From positions 18,910,001 to 18,974,000 of the forward strand of contig JBHGNT010000009.1 in NCBI GenBank assembly GCA_043228905.1: a DNA stretch of 64,000 nucleotides, read 5' to 3'. This DNA is from Azolla caroliniana. Taxonomy: Eukaryota; Plantae; Polypodiophyta. The notes under the pieces were generated by a model, which searched no databases, was not told the origin of the DNA, and worked only from the letters and a program-made list of their open reading frames with translations. The translations under genes were made by a program, and so were the position numbers. This document shows positions 25,649 to 38,816 of this stretch, one piece after another (the stretch's first letter is position 1; each line of letters begins with the position of its first letter).

Positions 25649-28600
25649 GTCCAACCAAAATAGGAGCCGTTTGGTTGGACAACAACCCTAGATCTGTACA
25701 GCCCATTAGTGGTTCCATTCCTTCCAAGCAAGTTAGCAATGTGTTCCTAGCCCAAGTCATTGTTAGTACTAAAAGTACTCCCCCAGTACCCGTCCTAGCA
25801 CTTTTAGATTCCGGAGCTAATTCCTGTTTCATGGATCGAAATTTTGCCCAAGCTTCTCAGATATCCTTAAGAAAACTTCCTTGTCCCGCATCTGTAGTAG
25901 TCATTGATGGTCGTCCCATCGCTTCCGGGAATATTATAGAAGAATCAGAACCCATTCAAGTTGTCCTAGGTAGTTTTGTGTGTGTAATATCATTTAATAT
26001 AATTAGTAGTCCAGAGCATCCCATTGTCCTAGGATTACCTTGGTTTGAATTACATAATCCAGCCATAGATTGGAGAACAAGAGAAGTCCGATATTGACCA
26101 CCCCAAGTATCAACTCACCAAGTTTCAACCATTTCACTCCATCAACTACGCGAAGAAGGACCCAAGGAGGCAATGTTCCTATTTGCAATATCAGTACATC
26201 CTTCCAGCACTATTAAGAAGGACTCCTCAGTACAACTTCCAGCAAAATATCATCCTTATGCCGATGTATTTGACAAGGTAAAAGCCGGTACCCTTCCTCA
26301 TCACCGTCCCTATGTCTGTCCCATCGATTTACAACTAGGAACCGAGCCACCATGGGGACCAATTTACAACTTGTCACCCACCGAGTTAGAAGTCCTTCGA
26401 GCCTACATAGAGGAGAGCTTGGCAAGCGGGTTCATCTGCCATTCGAAATCTCCGGCCGGTGCACCCATCTTCTTTGTCAAGAAGAAAGATGGCTCACTTC
26501 GTCTTGTCGTTGATTACCGCGGATTGAATAAAGTCACCATCCGGAATAGGTATGCACTTCCTCTTATATCAAGTCTTTTAGAGCGAGTTAATGGTGCCAA
26601 GTTTTTTACTAAAATCGACCTACGAGGAGCGTATAATCTCGTGCGGATCCGACCGGGAGATGAGTGGAAGACCGCCTTTGGCACGCGGTATGGGCATTTC
26701 GAGTATACTGTTATGCCGTTTGGCCTAACCAATGCACCCGCAGTCTTCCAACACATGGCAAATGATATATTCAGAGACCTCTTGGATATCTATTTGATCA
26801 TTTATCTGGATGATCTGTTGATTTATTCGAAGACCCAGGAAGAGCACGATTCTCATGTACTATTAGTACTAAAGCGACTCCGCGAGAATGGTCTTTATGC
26901 CAAGCTAGAAAAATGTAGCTTTGACTGCAAGCAAGTGGAATTTCTAGGCTACGTCATCTCCTCAAAGGGCATCGCCATGGATCCAGCTAAAATCCAAACT
27001 GTACTAGAGTGGCAAATTCCACGGTCGGTACGAGATGTACAATGTTTTCTAGGTTTTGCTAACTTCTACTGTAAGTTTATACAGGATTACTCGAAGATTA
27101 TTTTACCTGTCACACAACTTACGAAGAAGGGCCAAGCATTTCTTTGGTCCATAGAAGCAAATATGGCTTTTCGGCATCTTAAGAAAGCCTTTACATCAGC
27201 ACTGATTCTAGCTCATGTGGATACAAGCAAACCATTCATCATGGAGGCCGACGCATTAGATTTCGCCCTCGGTAGCATCCTTTCTCAACAAGGCGATAAA
27301 GAAGAGTTGCATCCGGTGGCTTTCCATTCGTGCAAATTCGATGTCGCAGAAATCAACTACGAAATACATGACAAGGAGTTATTAGCCATCGTGGATTCAT
27401 TTGTACAATGGCGACATTTCTTAGAGGGCTCTCCACATCAGGTCATTGTCTTTAGCGATCATAAAAATCTTGCTTATTTTCAGAACGCTCGCGTACTAAA
27501 TCGACGGCAAGCTCGGTGGGCGCAATTCCTCACGCGTTTCGACTTCAAAATCACATATCGACCGGGGAAGCAGTAAGGAAAAGAAGATGCACTATCACGG
27601 CGTTCATATCTTGCACCTCGTCCTGGTGACAAAACATTTGATAATCAAAAGCAAGTAATCTTGGGACCAACACGATTGCACACGACGCGGATTTTTCACA
27701 CCCTGATGGATTCACGGATTACCGATGACATACGTGCAACCTTGAAGACGGATAGTTTTGCTCAAGACATCTTGGCGCACATTGATACTTCTCGGGCATC
27801 CTGTTCTCAGTCTCAACAACCAGGTATTGACTACCGACAATTCAAATATCATGATGGTTTGTTATTCTTTAAAAAGCGCGTATATGTCCCCAATTGCTCC
27901 TGTAGCCTTCAAATCGTCCAACATTGTCACAACACCCATACGGCGGGACATTTCGGTAGTACTAAGATGTTGGAGCTAGTGCAGCGATCTTTTTGGTGGC
28001 CCCACATGCGCCGTTTTGTCGACGACTACGTTCGGACCTGTGATGCTTGCTGCCGAGCAAAGATGCCACGACACCATCCATATGGCTTGTTGGAACCTTT
28101 ACCGATTCCAAGTAACCCATGGCAGTCTATTTGTCTTGATTTTATCACAGATCTGCCGGTCTCGAAGGGTTTTGATGCTATCCTAACCGTCGTCGATCGA
28201 TATACGAAGATGGCACATTTTGTGCCATGTACTAAAGCCATCACTAGCGAGGAAACCACCGCTCTTGTTATGCGTGAGGTATTTTGGCATCATGGCCTCC
28301 CAGACAGTATTATCAATGACCGAGGCCCGCAATTTGTCTCCAAATTTTGGCAGCATCTCTTCAAGATGCTCAAGGTCTCCTGCAACCTCTCCTCCGGCTA
28401 CCATCCTCAAACCGACGGACAGGCGGAACGAACAAACCAAACACTGGAGCAATATCTCCGGTGTTTCCTGAGTTATCAACAGGACGATTGGGCTGAGATT
28501 CTCCACTTTGCGGAGTTTGCGTATAATAATGCTATTCACTCCTCGACTCGGGTCTCCCCATTTTTCGCTTATACCGGTTTCCATCCTCGCTGGTCGGTGA

Positions 28601-29184
28601 TCGACACTCCGGAGCTACCTACCAACCCTCGTGCCGAGGATCATTTGGAGAGGCTACGCAAGATCCAGATGGATCTCTCTACTCACCTTCGTCATGCTCA
28701 ACACACATAGAAGACTTATGCGGATCGTCATCGGATTCCCTCCTCTTTTGCCATCGGAGATCGAGTATGGCTCTTACGTCGTCACATCAAGACTACTCGA
28801 CCGTGCGACAAGTTGGATTATCGACGACTCGGTCCTTTCCGTATTACGGGGAAGATTAATGATGTCACCTTCCGCCTTGATCTCCCTCCGCAGCTTCAGA
28901 TACATCCGGTTTTCCATTGTTCTCTTCTTGAGCCTTATAAAGCAAACACCATTCCCGATCGTGTGACACCACCGCCGCCCCCGCTGGAGTTGGACGCCGA
29001 CCCGGAGTATGAAGTTGCTGCCATCCTCGATTCCAAACTTGTTCGTAACAAACTTTATTACTTGGTCGATTGGCTCGGTTATAGTCCGAGCGAACGTACT
29101 TGGGAACCCGTCGAGCATGTTGCCAATGCACAAGATCTTCTTGCTGATTTCCACCGAAAGTATCCAGACAAACCCGGTCCGTAA
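25645..29184 (+). pseudogene. Chromovirus pol (PR-RT-RNH-INT-chromodomain), several in-frame stops
   Basis: ORFs at 25645, 26173, 27661 and 28813 share one frame, which is -1 relative to gag. Confidence 0.9.
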
Positions 29185-29228
29185 TTAGCGCCAACTCGTT
29201 CCACTTGTCGTCTTTAAGGGGGAGATAG

Positions 29229-29654
29229 TGTCATGATATGGCAAGACTCGAACCCATGACCTTATGCTACATGGGTCGAGCTCTTACCATTAGACTATGA
29301 ATTGTATTTTGTAGGATATTATTTTCATTTATGCTTTATCATAGAAAATTGATGTATATTCCAGATCTCTCTGGAACATTCTAGAAGCTTCAGGATTATT
29401 CCTAAAAACACTATAAAAGGAGGCACAAGGCATTGTTTTGAACCAAATTGGTTCAACACTAGTCTTAAGCCTCTTAGCCGATTTGTACTTATCTTTCATA
29501 TAATATAAGAGCTGTTGTCATCATCCTATTTCTCTCTCTCTCCTCTTCTCACTTCCTCTCTCTCGGGAATCTTACGCAGTCCCGTCCTCTTAGTACTAAT
29601 AGTACTACTCTTCTTAGTACTAATTCCATCTCTGCTTTAGTACTATTCCTAACA
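29229..29654 (+). repeat. 3' LTR of chromovirus
   Basis: TGTCATG...CTAACA, followed by TSD GTAGT. Confidence 0.95.
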
Positions 29655-30490
29655 GTAGTGACATTTTGTTTTTCTAGGTACACGATTTTGGAGGTAAATT
29701 AGCAAGAGTGAGTGGATTAATGAAGCACAATTCATGTTTTTGATAAGGCTGAGTGATGGTGGGGATTGAAGCATAGTCTCTTCAGAAGACTAGACTCATT
29801 TAGTTGTTTGTATGTACCGGATTTTGGTGGCAATCAGTGAGATGTTTGATGTGGACTTGATGAAGCAGAATGTATGGTTTTGGATAAGGATGGGTGATCA
29901 GGGTGTGGGGGGCGAAGCATACTCTCATGAGGAAACAAGACTCATTGTATTGTTGTATGTGCAGGATTTTGGTGGTATTCGGCGAGATGGTTGGTGTGAA
30001 CTTAATGAACTAGAATTTATGTTTTGGATAAGGATGAGTGAAGATGAAGTATAATGTATGTTTTTCGATAAGGATGAGTGATGAGGGTGTGGGGGGCAAA
30101 GCATACTCTCATGAGGAGATGAGGAAACACAACTCATTATATTGTTGTATGTGCAGGATTTTGGTGGTGTTCAGCGAGATGGTTGATGTGAACTTAATGA
30201 AGTAGAATTTATGTTTTGGATAAGGATGGTGTGGAGGCCGAAGCATATTCTCATGAGGAGATGAGGAATTTAGACTCATTTTATTGTTTATGTGCAGGAA
30301 TTTGGTGGTAATCGGCGAGATGGTTGATGAGGACTTAACGAAGCAGGTTTTATGTTTTTGATAAGGATGAGTGATGATTTTGTGGGGGCCGAAGAATAAG
30401 CTCATGAGGAGAGGAGGAAACTTTACTTAATTTGTTGTTGTATGTACAGGAATTTGGTGATCATCCGGCAAGATGGTTGATGTGGAAAGA
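29655..30490. repeat. Degenerate tandem repeat (~145-185 bp units), continuing at ~23820-23988 on the other side of the chromovirus
   Basis: Recurrent TTTTGGATAAGGATGAGTGATG, CTCATGAGGA and GTGCAGGA..TTGGTGG..GAGATGG. Confidence 0.75.
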
Positions 30491-31339
30491 GGAAGCATAG
30501 TTGTTGGGTTTACAGTCACGAATGTGAAATGTGGATCTCTTGAAAAAGCAAATAACATAGTTGATCACCTTCAAATCTGAGATGTACAAGCATGAAATAC
30601 AATGTTATCTACCTTGTAATGAAAGCTTGTGGTAGCATTCAGTTTTTTGGATAAAGATTATGTTGAACAAGTACAGGTTGAAGAAGTATTGAAATGGTTC
30701 AAAACTATGACCTGAGAGGGCTTGTTTTCGAATAGAGCTGCTTTTGTTGTTGTCTATGGATATGGATACCTTGCAATATGTCTATGGAATAGCTTGTAAT
30801 TATTGGATTGTTTTCTCTACTTTGGAGTACATAGCCTTGTTTCCTCAGCCATTGTTGCACACAAGACGGGCTTGGGGAAAAAATACTTTGTATGTTGTAG
30901 CTGTTATGACCTTTTGATATAACTAATGGAAGGATATTTTGTTTTGGAAAAAATAATAATATTAAAAGCATCCCTAATGTCTCCATATTATCTCCAACAA
31001 GAAGACATGTGCAAAGGTTGTAGTTGAGCACACACATCATGAACATCTTGGATCAAAGTTTAATGTAAACAACATTAAATTTACTTGGAGAAATGATCAC
31101 TATTTAAATGATTACATATAGGATTAAGTTTGTCTAACAAGATATTACATCGATGATATTGAATTCATAAGGATTATCATTAAAAATTGAAGCAAGTGGG
31201 AAAATATCCCATGATTTATAAGAATTTACAACTTAATAAATATAATATGATGGATCCTAATGGTTGAAGCTATACATTCTCTTTGAGGAGGTCATGGGTT
31301 CAAATCTCTATTATGAGTCTTAGAGTTTAGGTATATGTT

Positions 31340-32210
31340 CATGACACTTAATTTACAACTTAGTATTGTACTCCCAGGTGCACAAGTGCACAAGTGCTAA
31401 TTAAGGTTCAAGCCTTGTAATGTATCCAATTTACAACATACTATTGTCCTCTCTGTGCACAAGTACTAATTATGGTGTAAGTCTTGTAAAGTATTTTTAA
31501 TTTATAACTAAGTATTGTCCTCAAATGTGCACAAGTACTGACTATGGTTTAATGCCTTGTAAAGTACCCTTATTTTACCACTTAGTACTATCATCCCACA
31601 TGCACGAGTATTGATTATGGTTTACAACTTAGTACTAATTTATAACTTAACATTGTCCTCTTTGGTGCATTAGTACTAATGAATATCTTAGTACTGTCCT
31701 CTCTTGTTCATTAGTACTAATTTATAACTTAGGACTGTCATCCCAGGCATGAGCACTAATTTAATACTTAGCATTGTCCTCTCTCATGCATTAGTACTAA
31801 TTAATAACTTAGTTGTATCCAACTTTGTTCATTAGTACTAATTTATAACTTAGGATTGTCCCCTCTCGTGCATTAGTACTAATTAATAACTTAGTACTGT
31901 CCAACTTTGTTCATTAAGACTAATTTATAACTTAGGACTGTCCTCTCTCATTAGTACTAATTATTAACTTAGTACTATCCAACTTTGTTCATTAGTACTA
32001 ATTTATTACTTAGGACTATCCTCTCTCGTGCATCAGTACTAATTAATAACTTAGTACTGTCCAACTTTGGTCATTAAGACTAACTTATAACTTAGGACTG
32101 TCCTCTCTCTTGCATTAGTACTAATTAATAACTTAAGACTATCCTCTCTCGTGCATTAGTACTAATTTCCAACTTAGTACTATCCTCTCTCGTGCATTAG
32201 TATTAATCAA
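31340..32210. repeat. Minisatellite of ~40-bp units built on the TTAGTACTAA palindrome; resumes at 37556-37660
   Basis: Roughly 20 copies of CATTAGTACTAATT(T/A)ATAACTTAG(T/G)ACT(G/A)TCC; interrupted by the Copia insertion. Confidence 0.85.
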
Positions 32211-33098
32211 TGTTAGGAAACAGGTCCCTCTAGATGGGAAGTGAGAAGAACAGTGTTGATGAGCAAACTCGACTGAGGTCGATAGGCCGAGGCCGAAACC
32301 GGATGACGAGTACCCGGCAACGGAAGACCCGGTGAGAACCAGATGTGGAGTACCTGGTAACGGAAGACCCGGTGAGAACCGGATGACGAGTACCCGACAA
32401 CGGAAGACCCGGTGAGAACCGGATGTGGAGTACCTGGCAACGGAAGACCCGGTGAGAACCGGATGATGAGTACCCGGCAACGGAAGACCCGGTGAGAACC
32501 GGATGTGGAGTACCTGGCAACGGAAGACCCGGTGAAAACCGGATGACGAGTACCCGGAAACGGAAGACCCGGCGACAACTGGATGTGGAGTACCCGGCAA
32601 CGGAAGACCCGATGAGAACCGGATGCTACAGGCCCGGTGAGAACCTCTCATCGGATGGAAGGGACATATATGTAAATATGTTCGAGAGAGCCCACTAGGG
32701 CTATATTTGTAAATATCCCGAAAGTCATAATAGTATAAATATGACCTAGGGCAAACTTAATAGTGAGAGAGTTATTGGTGTTAACCTCTGTACAGTGCGT
32801 AAGAGAGTGATATAGCGAAATACAAAGATTGTGTCTCTGTTGTAACCGCCTTGTGGCGAAGCGAGGGAGCAAGAGGTCGTTGCCTCTATGCCCCACTGTT
32901 GTAATCTTGATATAGTGATATTTTGCAGTCTGAGGGCTGTCGTGGTTTTTCCCAGATTTGGGTTTTCCACGTTAATATCCTGTGCATTCTTCTTTACTGT
33001 TTCGTGCTTAGATACATCTCTCCACATCCCTGTTTTTCTGTGATTGATCCGACGTCTCGGTTGTGGCCGAGCATAGCTCAGGAGGCATTTTCATATTA
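32211..33098 (+). repeat. 5' LTR (888 bp) with U3 tandem array
   Basis: TGTTAGG...CATATTA, then AAG and the PBS. Confidence 0.9.
32301..32620. repeat. 8 x 40-bp tandem repeat in LTR, alternating A/B variants
   Basis: GGATGACGAGTACCCGGCAACGGAAGACCCGGTGAGAACC alternates with GGATGTGGAGTACCTGG... Confidence 0.95.
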
Positions 33099-33129
33099 AA
33101 GTGGTATCAGAGCGAAACGACACAGAAAA

Positions 33130-36100
33130 ATGGACGATTTGTTGGGAGGCATGTTCAAGCTCACCGGCTCCAACTATTCAGTGTGGAAGTCGAAGATGAG
33201 GGACATGCTCGACGTTAAAGATCTTTGGTTGCCGGTTCAGTTCATGGACAAGAGACCGGACAAAATCAATGCCACGATATGGGAGGTGATGCACATGAAG
33301 ACAACGACGTACATACGGTGCTTCATTGACATGAGTCTATACAACAACTTCAATGAAGAGAGCAAGGCTCATGAGCTCTGGGAGAAGATCGACATTATGT
33401 TTCAGAACAAAAATGTTGTTAATCAGGTTTCGGTATTTTGGAAGCTAGTAAGACACCGGTACCAAGATGGCTCCAGCATGGCAGAGCACATGAATGCCTT
33501 CCAGGCAACATCATTAGAAGTACCTCTCGTCGATGAGGTACTAGCACTACTCCTGCTCGGTTCCCTCCCAGATAGCTGGAAGACGTTGGTTGTCACTTTG
33601 GGCAACGCCGGGCCGAAAGGGAAACGGTTATCCCTGGCAAGAGTGAAGTCGAGCTTGCTAGATGAGGAGGCGCGTCGGAAAGACAAGGATACGAACTCCG
33701 ACTCCAAAGCGCTCATTACCGAATCAGAACGCGGAAGACAAAGGAACCGTCGTCCCCAGAACCGAGAGAAGTCGGGGACACGGTCAAAGTCAAGGGGGAG
33801 GCCTACCTGCTTCTATTGCGGCAAGCCGAGACACTTCCAAAAGAACTATCGGCACTTCTGAAAAGACAAGGAAACCGATGGTACCGATTCGAAGCGGACA
33901 CCGAACCGAAACGGTAAAGACCGGAGGGGAACAGACCGGAAGGGAACGACGGCAATCACGGCAAGTGAAGAAGAGTTGACGCTCATCACCGAGGAGAGTG
34001 AGCTAAACCTTGCCGGCGACGAGATGACCTGGGTGGTCGACTTCGGAGCGTCGTTCCACCTTACCCCGGACCGGAAATGCTTCTCATCCTACTCAGCCGG
34101 TGATCACGGCTATGTCCGGATGGGGAATGAAGGTACATGCCTAATTGTCGGCATAGGAGACGTGTGGTTGACAACACCAACCGGATGCAAGCTGCTGGTG
34201 AAGGATGTCCGACACGTTCCGGAGGTTCGTCTGAACCTGATATTAGCCGGTCGGCTAGATGATGAAGGCTACACGGGTAGCATACGGAACGGTGTTATGC
34301 AGTTCAACAAAGGGAGCCTGATTGTGGCTCGGGCTCGGAAGGTAAACACATTGTACCTGATGAATGCCCGGTTATGCCCGGAAGAAGTGAACATGGCTTC
34401 CGACACTGCCAGTGAGCTGTGGCACAAGAGACTGTGTCACATGAGCGAGAAGGGGATGAAGAGGCTTGCAGACGACAATCTCATTCTAGTGAAGAACGTG
34501 CACTTGGAGAACTGCACTGATTGTCTGGCCGGTAAACAAAACCGGACCTCCTTTCGATCAAGGCCACCGATGAGACGTAATGCACCACTGGAGTTGGTGC
34601 ATACTGATGTATGTTAAGTGGACGCGAAGTCACATGCTGGATCGCAGTACTTCGTGACGTTCATAGATGACCACAGCCGGAAGCTGTGGGCCACACCGTT
34701 AAAGACGAAGGATCAGGTGTTATCCGTCTTCAAAGAGCTCCACACGAGAGTGGAAAGAGAAACCGGCCGGAAGTTGAAGGCGGTTCGAGCAGATAACAGA
34801 GGTGAATACCGGGGGCAGTTCGAGGAGTACTGTTGCTCGAAGGGAATCCGGCTCGAATTTACCGTGCCGAAGACGCTGAAACTAAATGGGCTGGCCGAGA
34901 GGATGAACCAGACCATAATGGAGAGGGTCCGGAGTATGCTGGTGCATGAAAAATTACCCAAGACGTTTTGGGCTGAGGCGTTGTCGACAACGACGTATGT
35001 GATAAACAGATCACCCTCAGTGCCCTTGGATGGAGACACACCACAGAAGGTGTGGACCGATAAGGAAGTGTCCTACCGACATCTGAAGGTGTTCGAGTGT
35101 CTCGCGTACATGCATGTTGCTAAGGACCGGAGAGGAAAGTTGGATCCAAAGACCCGGCCATGCATATTCCTCGGATACGGCGATGACGAGTTCGGCTATT
35201 GAGTGTGGGATCCGGTTGAAATGAAGGCTTTCCGGAGCCGAGATATTATCTTCATGGAGGACAAGACTCTTGCCGGCTGGGAGTCTGAGAAGAAGATAAT
35301 GAACTCCGATGAGATTCGGACACACCCGGCTAAGAGCTGGTTGACACTCGAGGAACCAATCGGTTACGGTGAGTATACCGAACCGGCAAAAGAAGAAGTA
35401 GAGGAAGCTGAAATCGGAACCAGCCAAGATCCTGAATCGAATTCGGGTGAAGAACAAATAGAGGAGCCGGTTGCCGAAAGCCAAAGACGGAGATATCCTC
35501 TTAGAGAGAGAAGGCCCCCCCAGAGATTTCCAGATGCAGAGCATGTGCTGCTAACCGATGAGGGGGAGCCAGAAAGCTTCGAGGAAGCTAAAAGTGACGC
35601 CCATAGCCACAAATGGTTAAGTGCCATGCAAGATGAGATGGATTCCCTGCATGAGAACCATACGTACGAATTGGTGGAGTTGCCGAAAGGAAAGCGGGCA
35701 CTCCGAAACAAGTGGGTGTACAAGTTGAAACCGGGAGATGCCGGCAATCCCCCGAGATAAAAAGCAAGGATCGTGGTGAAGGGGTTCCAATAGAAGAAGG
35801 GCGTGGACTTTGACGAGATATTTGCCCCGGTAGTAAGGATGACCTCCATCCGGACGGTGCTGAGTATAGCGGCAAGCATGGACCTCGAGGTAGAGCAGCT
35901 AGACGTGAAGACGACATTCCTTCACGGTGACCTCGAAGAGGAGATCTACATGCAGCAACAGGAAGGATTCGTGGAGAAAGGGAAGGAGCACCTGGTTTGC
36001 CGGTTGAAGAAGAGCTTGTACGGATTGAAGCAGGCTCCCCGACAGTGGTACCAGAAATTCGACTCCTTCATGACCGATCAAGGGTACCACAACACACAGG

Positions 36101-37136
36101 CCGATCACTGCATGTTTGTGAAGAAGTTCGAAGGAGATGACTTCCTGATAATCCTTCTGTACGTAGATAACATGTTGATCGTCGGACGGGACCAAGCCAA
36201 AATACGGATGCTGAAGAAGGCTCTCAACCGAACTTTCGCAATGAAGGACTTGGGTCCGGCAAGACAGATGCTGGGGATGCACATTATCCGGGACCGGTCA
36301 AAGAAGCAATTGTGGTTGTCATAGGACAAATACGTGACAAAGGTGCTTCAACGGTTCAACATGCTAGAGCAAAACCGGTCAGATCGACACTCTCGGAAAA
36401 CTGCAAACTATCCGGTAAACAAAGCCCGAAGACGAAAGCAGAGAAGGCGGATATGGTGAAGGTTCCATATGCCTCAGCTGTCGGGAGCTTGATGTACGCA
36501 ATGGTGTGTACTCGGCCGGACATTGGATACGCAGTCGGAGTGGTGAGCCGGTTTATGAGCAATCCCGGCAAGGAGCACTAGAACGCGGTCAAATGGATAC
36601 TCCGGTACTTGAAGGGCACTTTGAATATGTGTCTCCGACTCGGCTTCGGTAAACCTGAACTTGACAGTTTTACCGATTCGGACATATCGGCCGATGTGGA
36701 TACCAGCCAGTCTACATCCGGGTATGTAATGACATATGCAGGGGGAGTTGTTTCGTTGCAGTCAAGGCTGCAGAAGACGGTTGCGTTGTCAATCACGGAG
36801 GCGGAGTACATGGCGGCTGTGGAAGCCGGCAAGGAAATACTATGGATGAAGGACTTCATCGGAGAGCTCGGTATCCGTCAAGATGAATACCGGCTCTATT
36901 GCGACAGTCAAAGTGCCATCCACCTTGCTAAGAACCCAGTGTACCATTCCAGGACGAAGCACATCCAGCGTAGGTATTACTGGATCCGGGAGCGAGTAAA
37001 AGATCGAGAGTTCGTGCTGACGAAGATCCACACGGCCAAGAACGGGTCAGACATGCTGACCAAAGTACTGATACTCGATAAGCTGGATGCATGTCGGAAG
37101 CGGATCAGACTAGTAAGACATCCCATGCCGGAGTGA
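33130..37136 (+). pseudogene. Copia gag-pol, disrupted
   Basis: Consecutive ORF fragments in gag, PR, INT, RT, RNH order. Confidence 0.92.
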
Positions 37137-37146
37137 AGGGGGAGTT

Positions 37147-37555
37147 TGTTAGGAAACAGGTCCCTCCGGATGGGAAGTGAGAAGAACAGTGTTGATGAGC
37201 AAACTCGGCCGAGGCCGATAGGGCGTAAGAGAGTGATATAGCGAAATACAGTGCGTAAGAGAGTGATATAACGAAATACAGAGATTGTGTCTCTGTTGTA
37301 ACCGCCTTGTGGCGAAGCGAGGGAGCAAGAGGTCGTTGCCTCTGTGCTCCACTGTTGTAATCTTGATATAGTGAAATTTTTGTAGTCTGAGGGTTGCCGT
37401 GGTTTTTCCCAGATTTGGGTTTTCCACGTTAATATCCTGTGCATTCTTCTTTATTGTTTCGTGCTTAGATACATCTCTCCACATCCCTGTTTTTCTGTGA
37501 TTGATCCGATGTCTCGGTTGTGGCCGAGCATAGCTCAGGAGGCGTTTTCCTATTA
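37147..37555 (+). repeat. 3' LTR (409 bp), internally deleted
   Basis: Lacks the 40-bp array and TATA region; 30-bp duplication at the deletion point. Confidence 0.9.
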
Positions 37556-37703
37556 ATCAATACCTTATTATTGTCCTCTCTCATTAATTTGTACTAATTT
37601 TTAGCTTAGTATTGTTCTCTCTCATGCATTAGTAATAATTATGGTTTAAGCCATATTAAGAATTGCACACTCCGGTGATGCACTAATTGTGGTTGTTGGC
37701 TAA

Positions 37704-38609
37704 GTGTCATGCAAAACACCTAGATACTTCTCATTGAAAAACATTAGGATGCGATGGAACTACTTCGGGTCCGGACATGGAAAGGGGGAACACGATGGTG
37801 CGGGGGCTGTGATCAAGCATGCTCTTACAAGTGAGCAGTTGGATAATAAAGGTGCTAAGCTACAAAATGCACATGATGTTGTGGAGTGGCTGACATGGAA
37901 AATGTCAGATGATGGTAAGAATAGATTTTTTATTGAGGTTCGTGCTAATGAGGTGGATAGGAGTAAATCGTATGGTTTTAAAACCGTGAAAGGGACACAC
38001 AAGACCCATTGTGTTTTAGGGTTTAGTCGCAAGGACACAACACAATCGTTATTCCGCGGTTTATCATGCTTTTGTTCCATGTGTTTACATGAAACTTGGG
38101 ATGAATGCACCAATCTATCAATTCTGGAGCCATGGAAGCTATAGAAGCTTGAGATTGAACAATGTTACGATATCCAAGAAAATGAACATTTAGACAATAT
38201 TGTATACTACAAGCAATGTGAAGACTTGGCAATATTATTGGAAGTTGGTGATCATTTTACAGTGCTCAAATCTCCTCAAAATTAAGATTTTGAAGACTAC
38301 TACATTGTGGTGTGCAAGCAAGGAAATACAATATTGGAAGAAGTCATGAGGGATGGTTGCGGCAACATGTTCAACATTGTTGAATCTGTCGTGTATGGAA
38401 ACTACTATGCAAAGTTGCCACAGTGCAAGAACACGTATGCATTATTAAAAGATGCACCCACCGCAATAATCTATGATGATGCCATTATCACAATCAAGCT
38501 CACTATGACTCAAGCAAAGCACAAGGTTAAGGGATACAACACTGTTTGCAAGGTCCCCAAAGAGGTGTACGAACACATATTAGGGGAGGTCTCCCTCTTT
38601 AATGCTTAG
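37704..38609 (+). pseudogene. Sola2-like (HGKGxxDG) DDD transposase C-terminal remnant
   Basis: RWNYFGSGHGKGEHDGAGAVIK, TVKGTHKTH, LSCFCSMC...C zinc motif, then a broken C-terminal LEVGDHF..YYIV domain. Superfamily assignment is from recalled motifs. Confidence 0.65.
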
Positions 38610-38816
38610 AATGGCAACCACTCTTCATTTGTAACTTTCACGTTTATTCTAACTCTGACTTTCAAATTGATGGAAATATATCATCTTTGGTTTTCATATG
38701 TACCTTTTTGAATTATTACGAGTTTGCAATGAAAAATCTAATGATATCCCTCTTTGGTTTAGATATGTATGTTTTTTTACATAAAGTGTCAAGTGTTTGG
38801 TGAAAACTCTCTTGGG

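Larger units (their letters stand above)
23989..29654 (+). mobile_element. Full-length chromoviral Ty3/Gypsy (Tcn1/sushi-like) with chromodomain
   Basis: 426-bp LTRs at 23989-24414 and 29229-29654, TSD GTAGT, PPT AAGGGGGAGATAG. gag KFDGTRSQFRGF and CLYCGGPGH..NC; PR LLDSGA; RT YLDDLLIYS; RNH; INT; chromodomain YEVAAILDS..YYLVDWLGY..TWEP. Confidence 0.96.
32211..37555 (+). mobile_element. Full-length decayed Ty1/Copia element
   Basis: TSD ATCAA (32206-32210 and 37556-37560), LTRs 32211-33098 and 37147-37555, PBS TGGTATCAGAGC at 33102, PPT GAAGGGGGAG. gag, PR, INT, RT (QLDVKTTFLHGDL, LLYVDN) and RNH (RTKHIQRRY), with stops. Confidence 0.95.

Noticed and set aside
30705-31046. 113-aa minus-strand ORF
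   Set aside because: No recognisable motif; AT-rich chance frame or unidentifiable relic.
32139-32698. Repetitive ORFs on both strands
   Set aside because: Artefacts of the stop-free 40-bp LTR tandem array.
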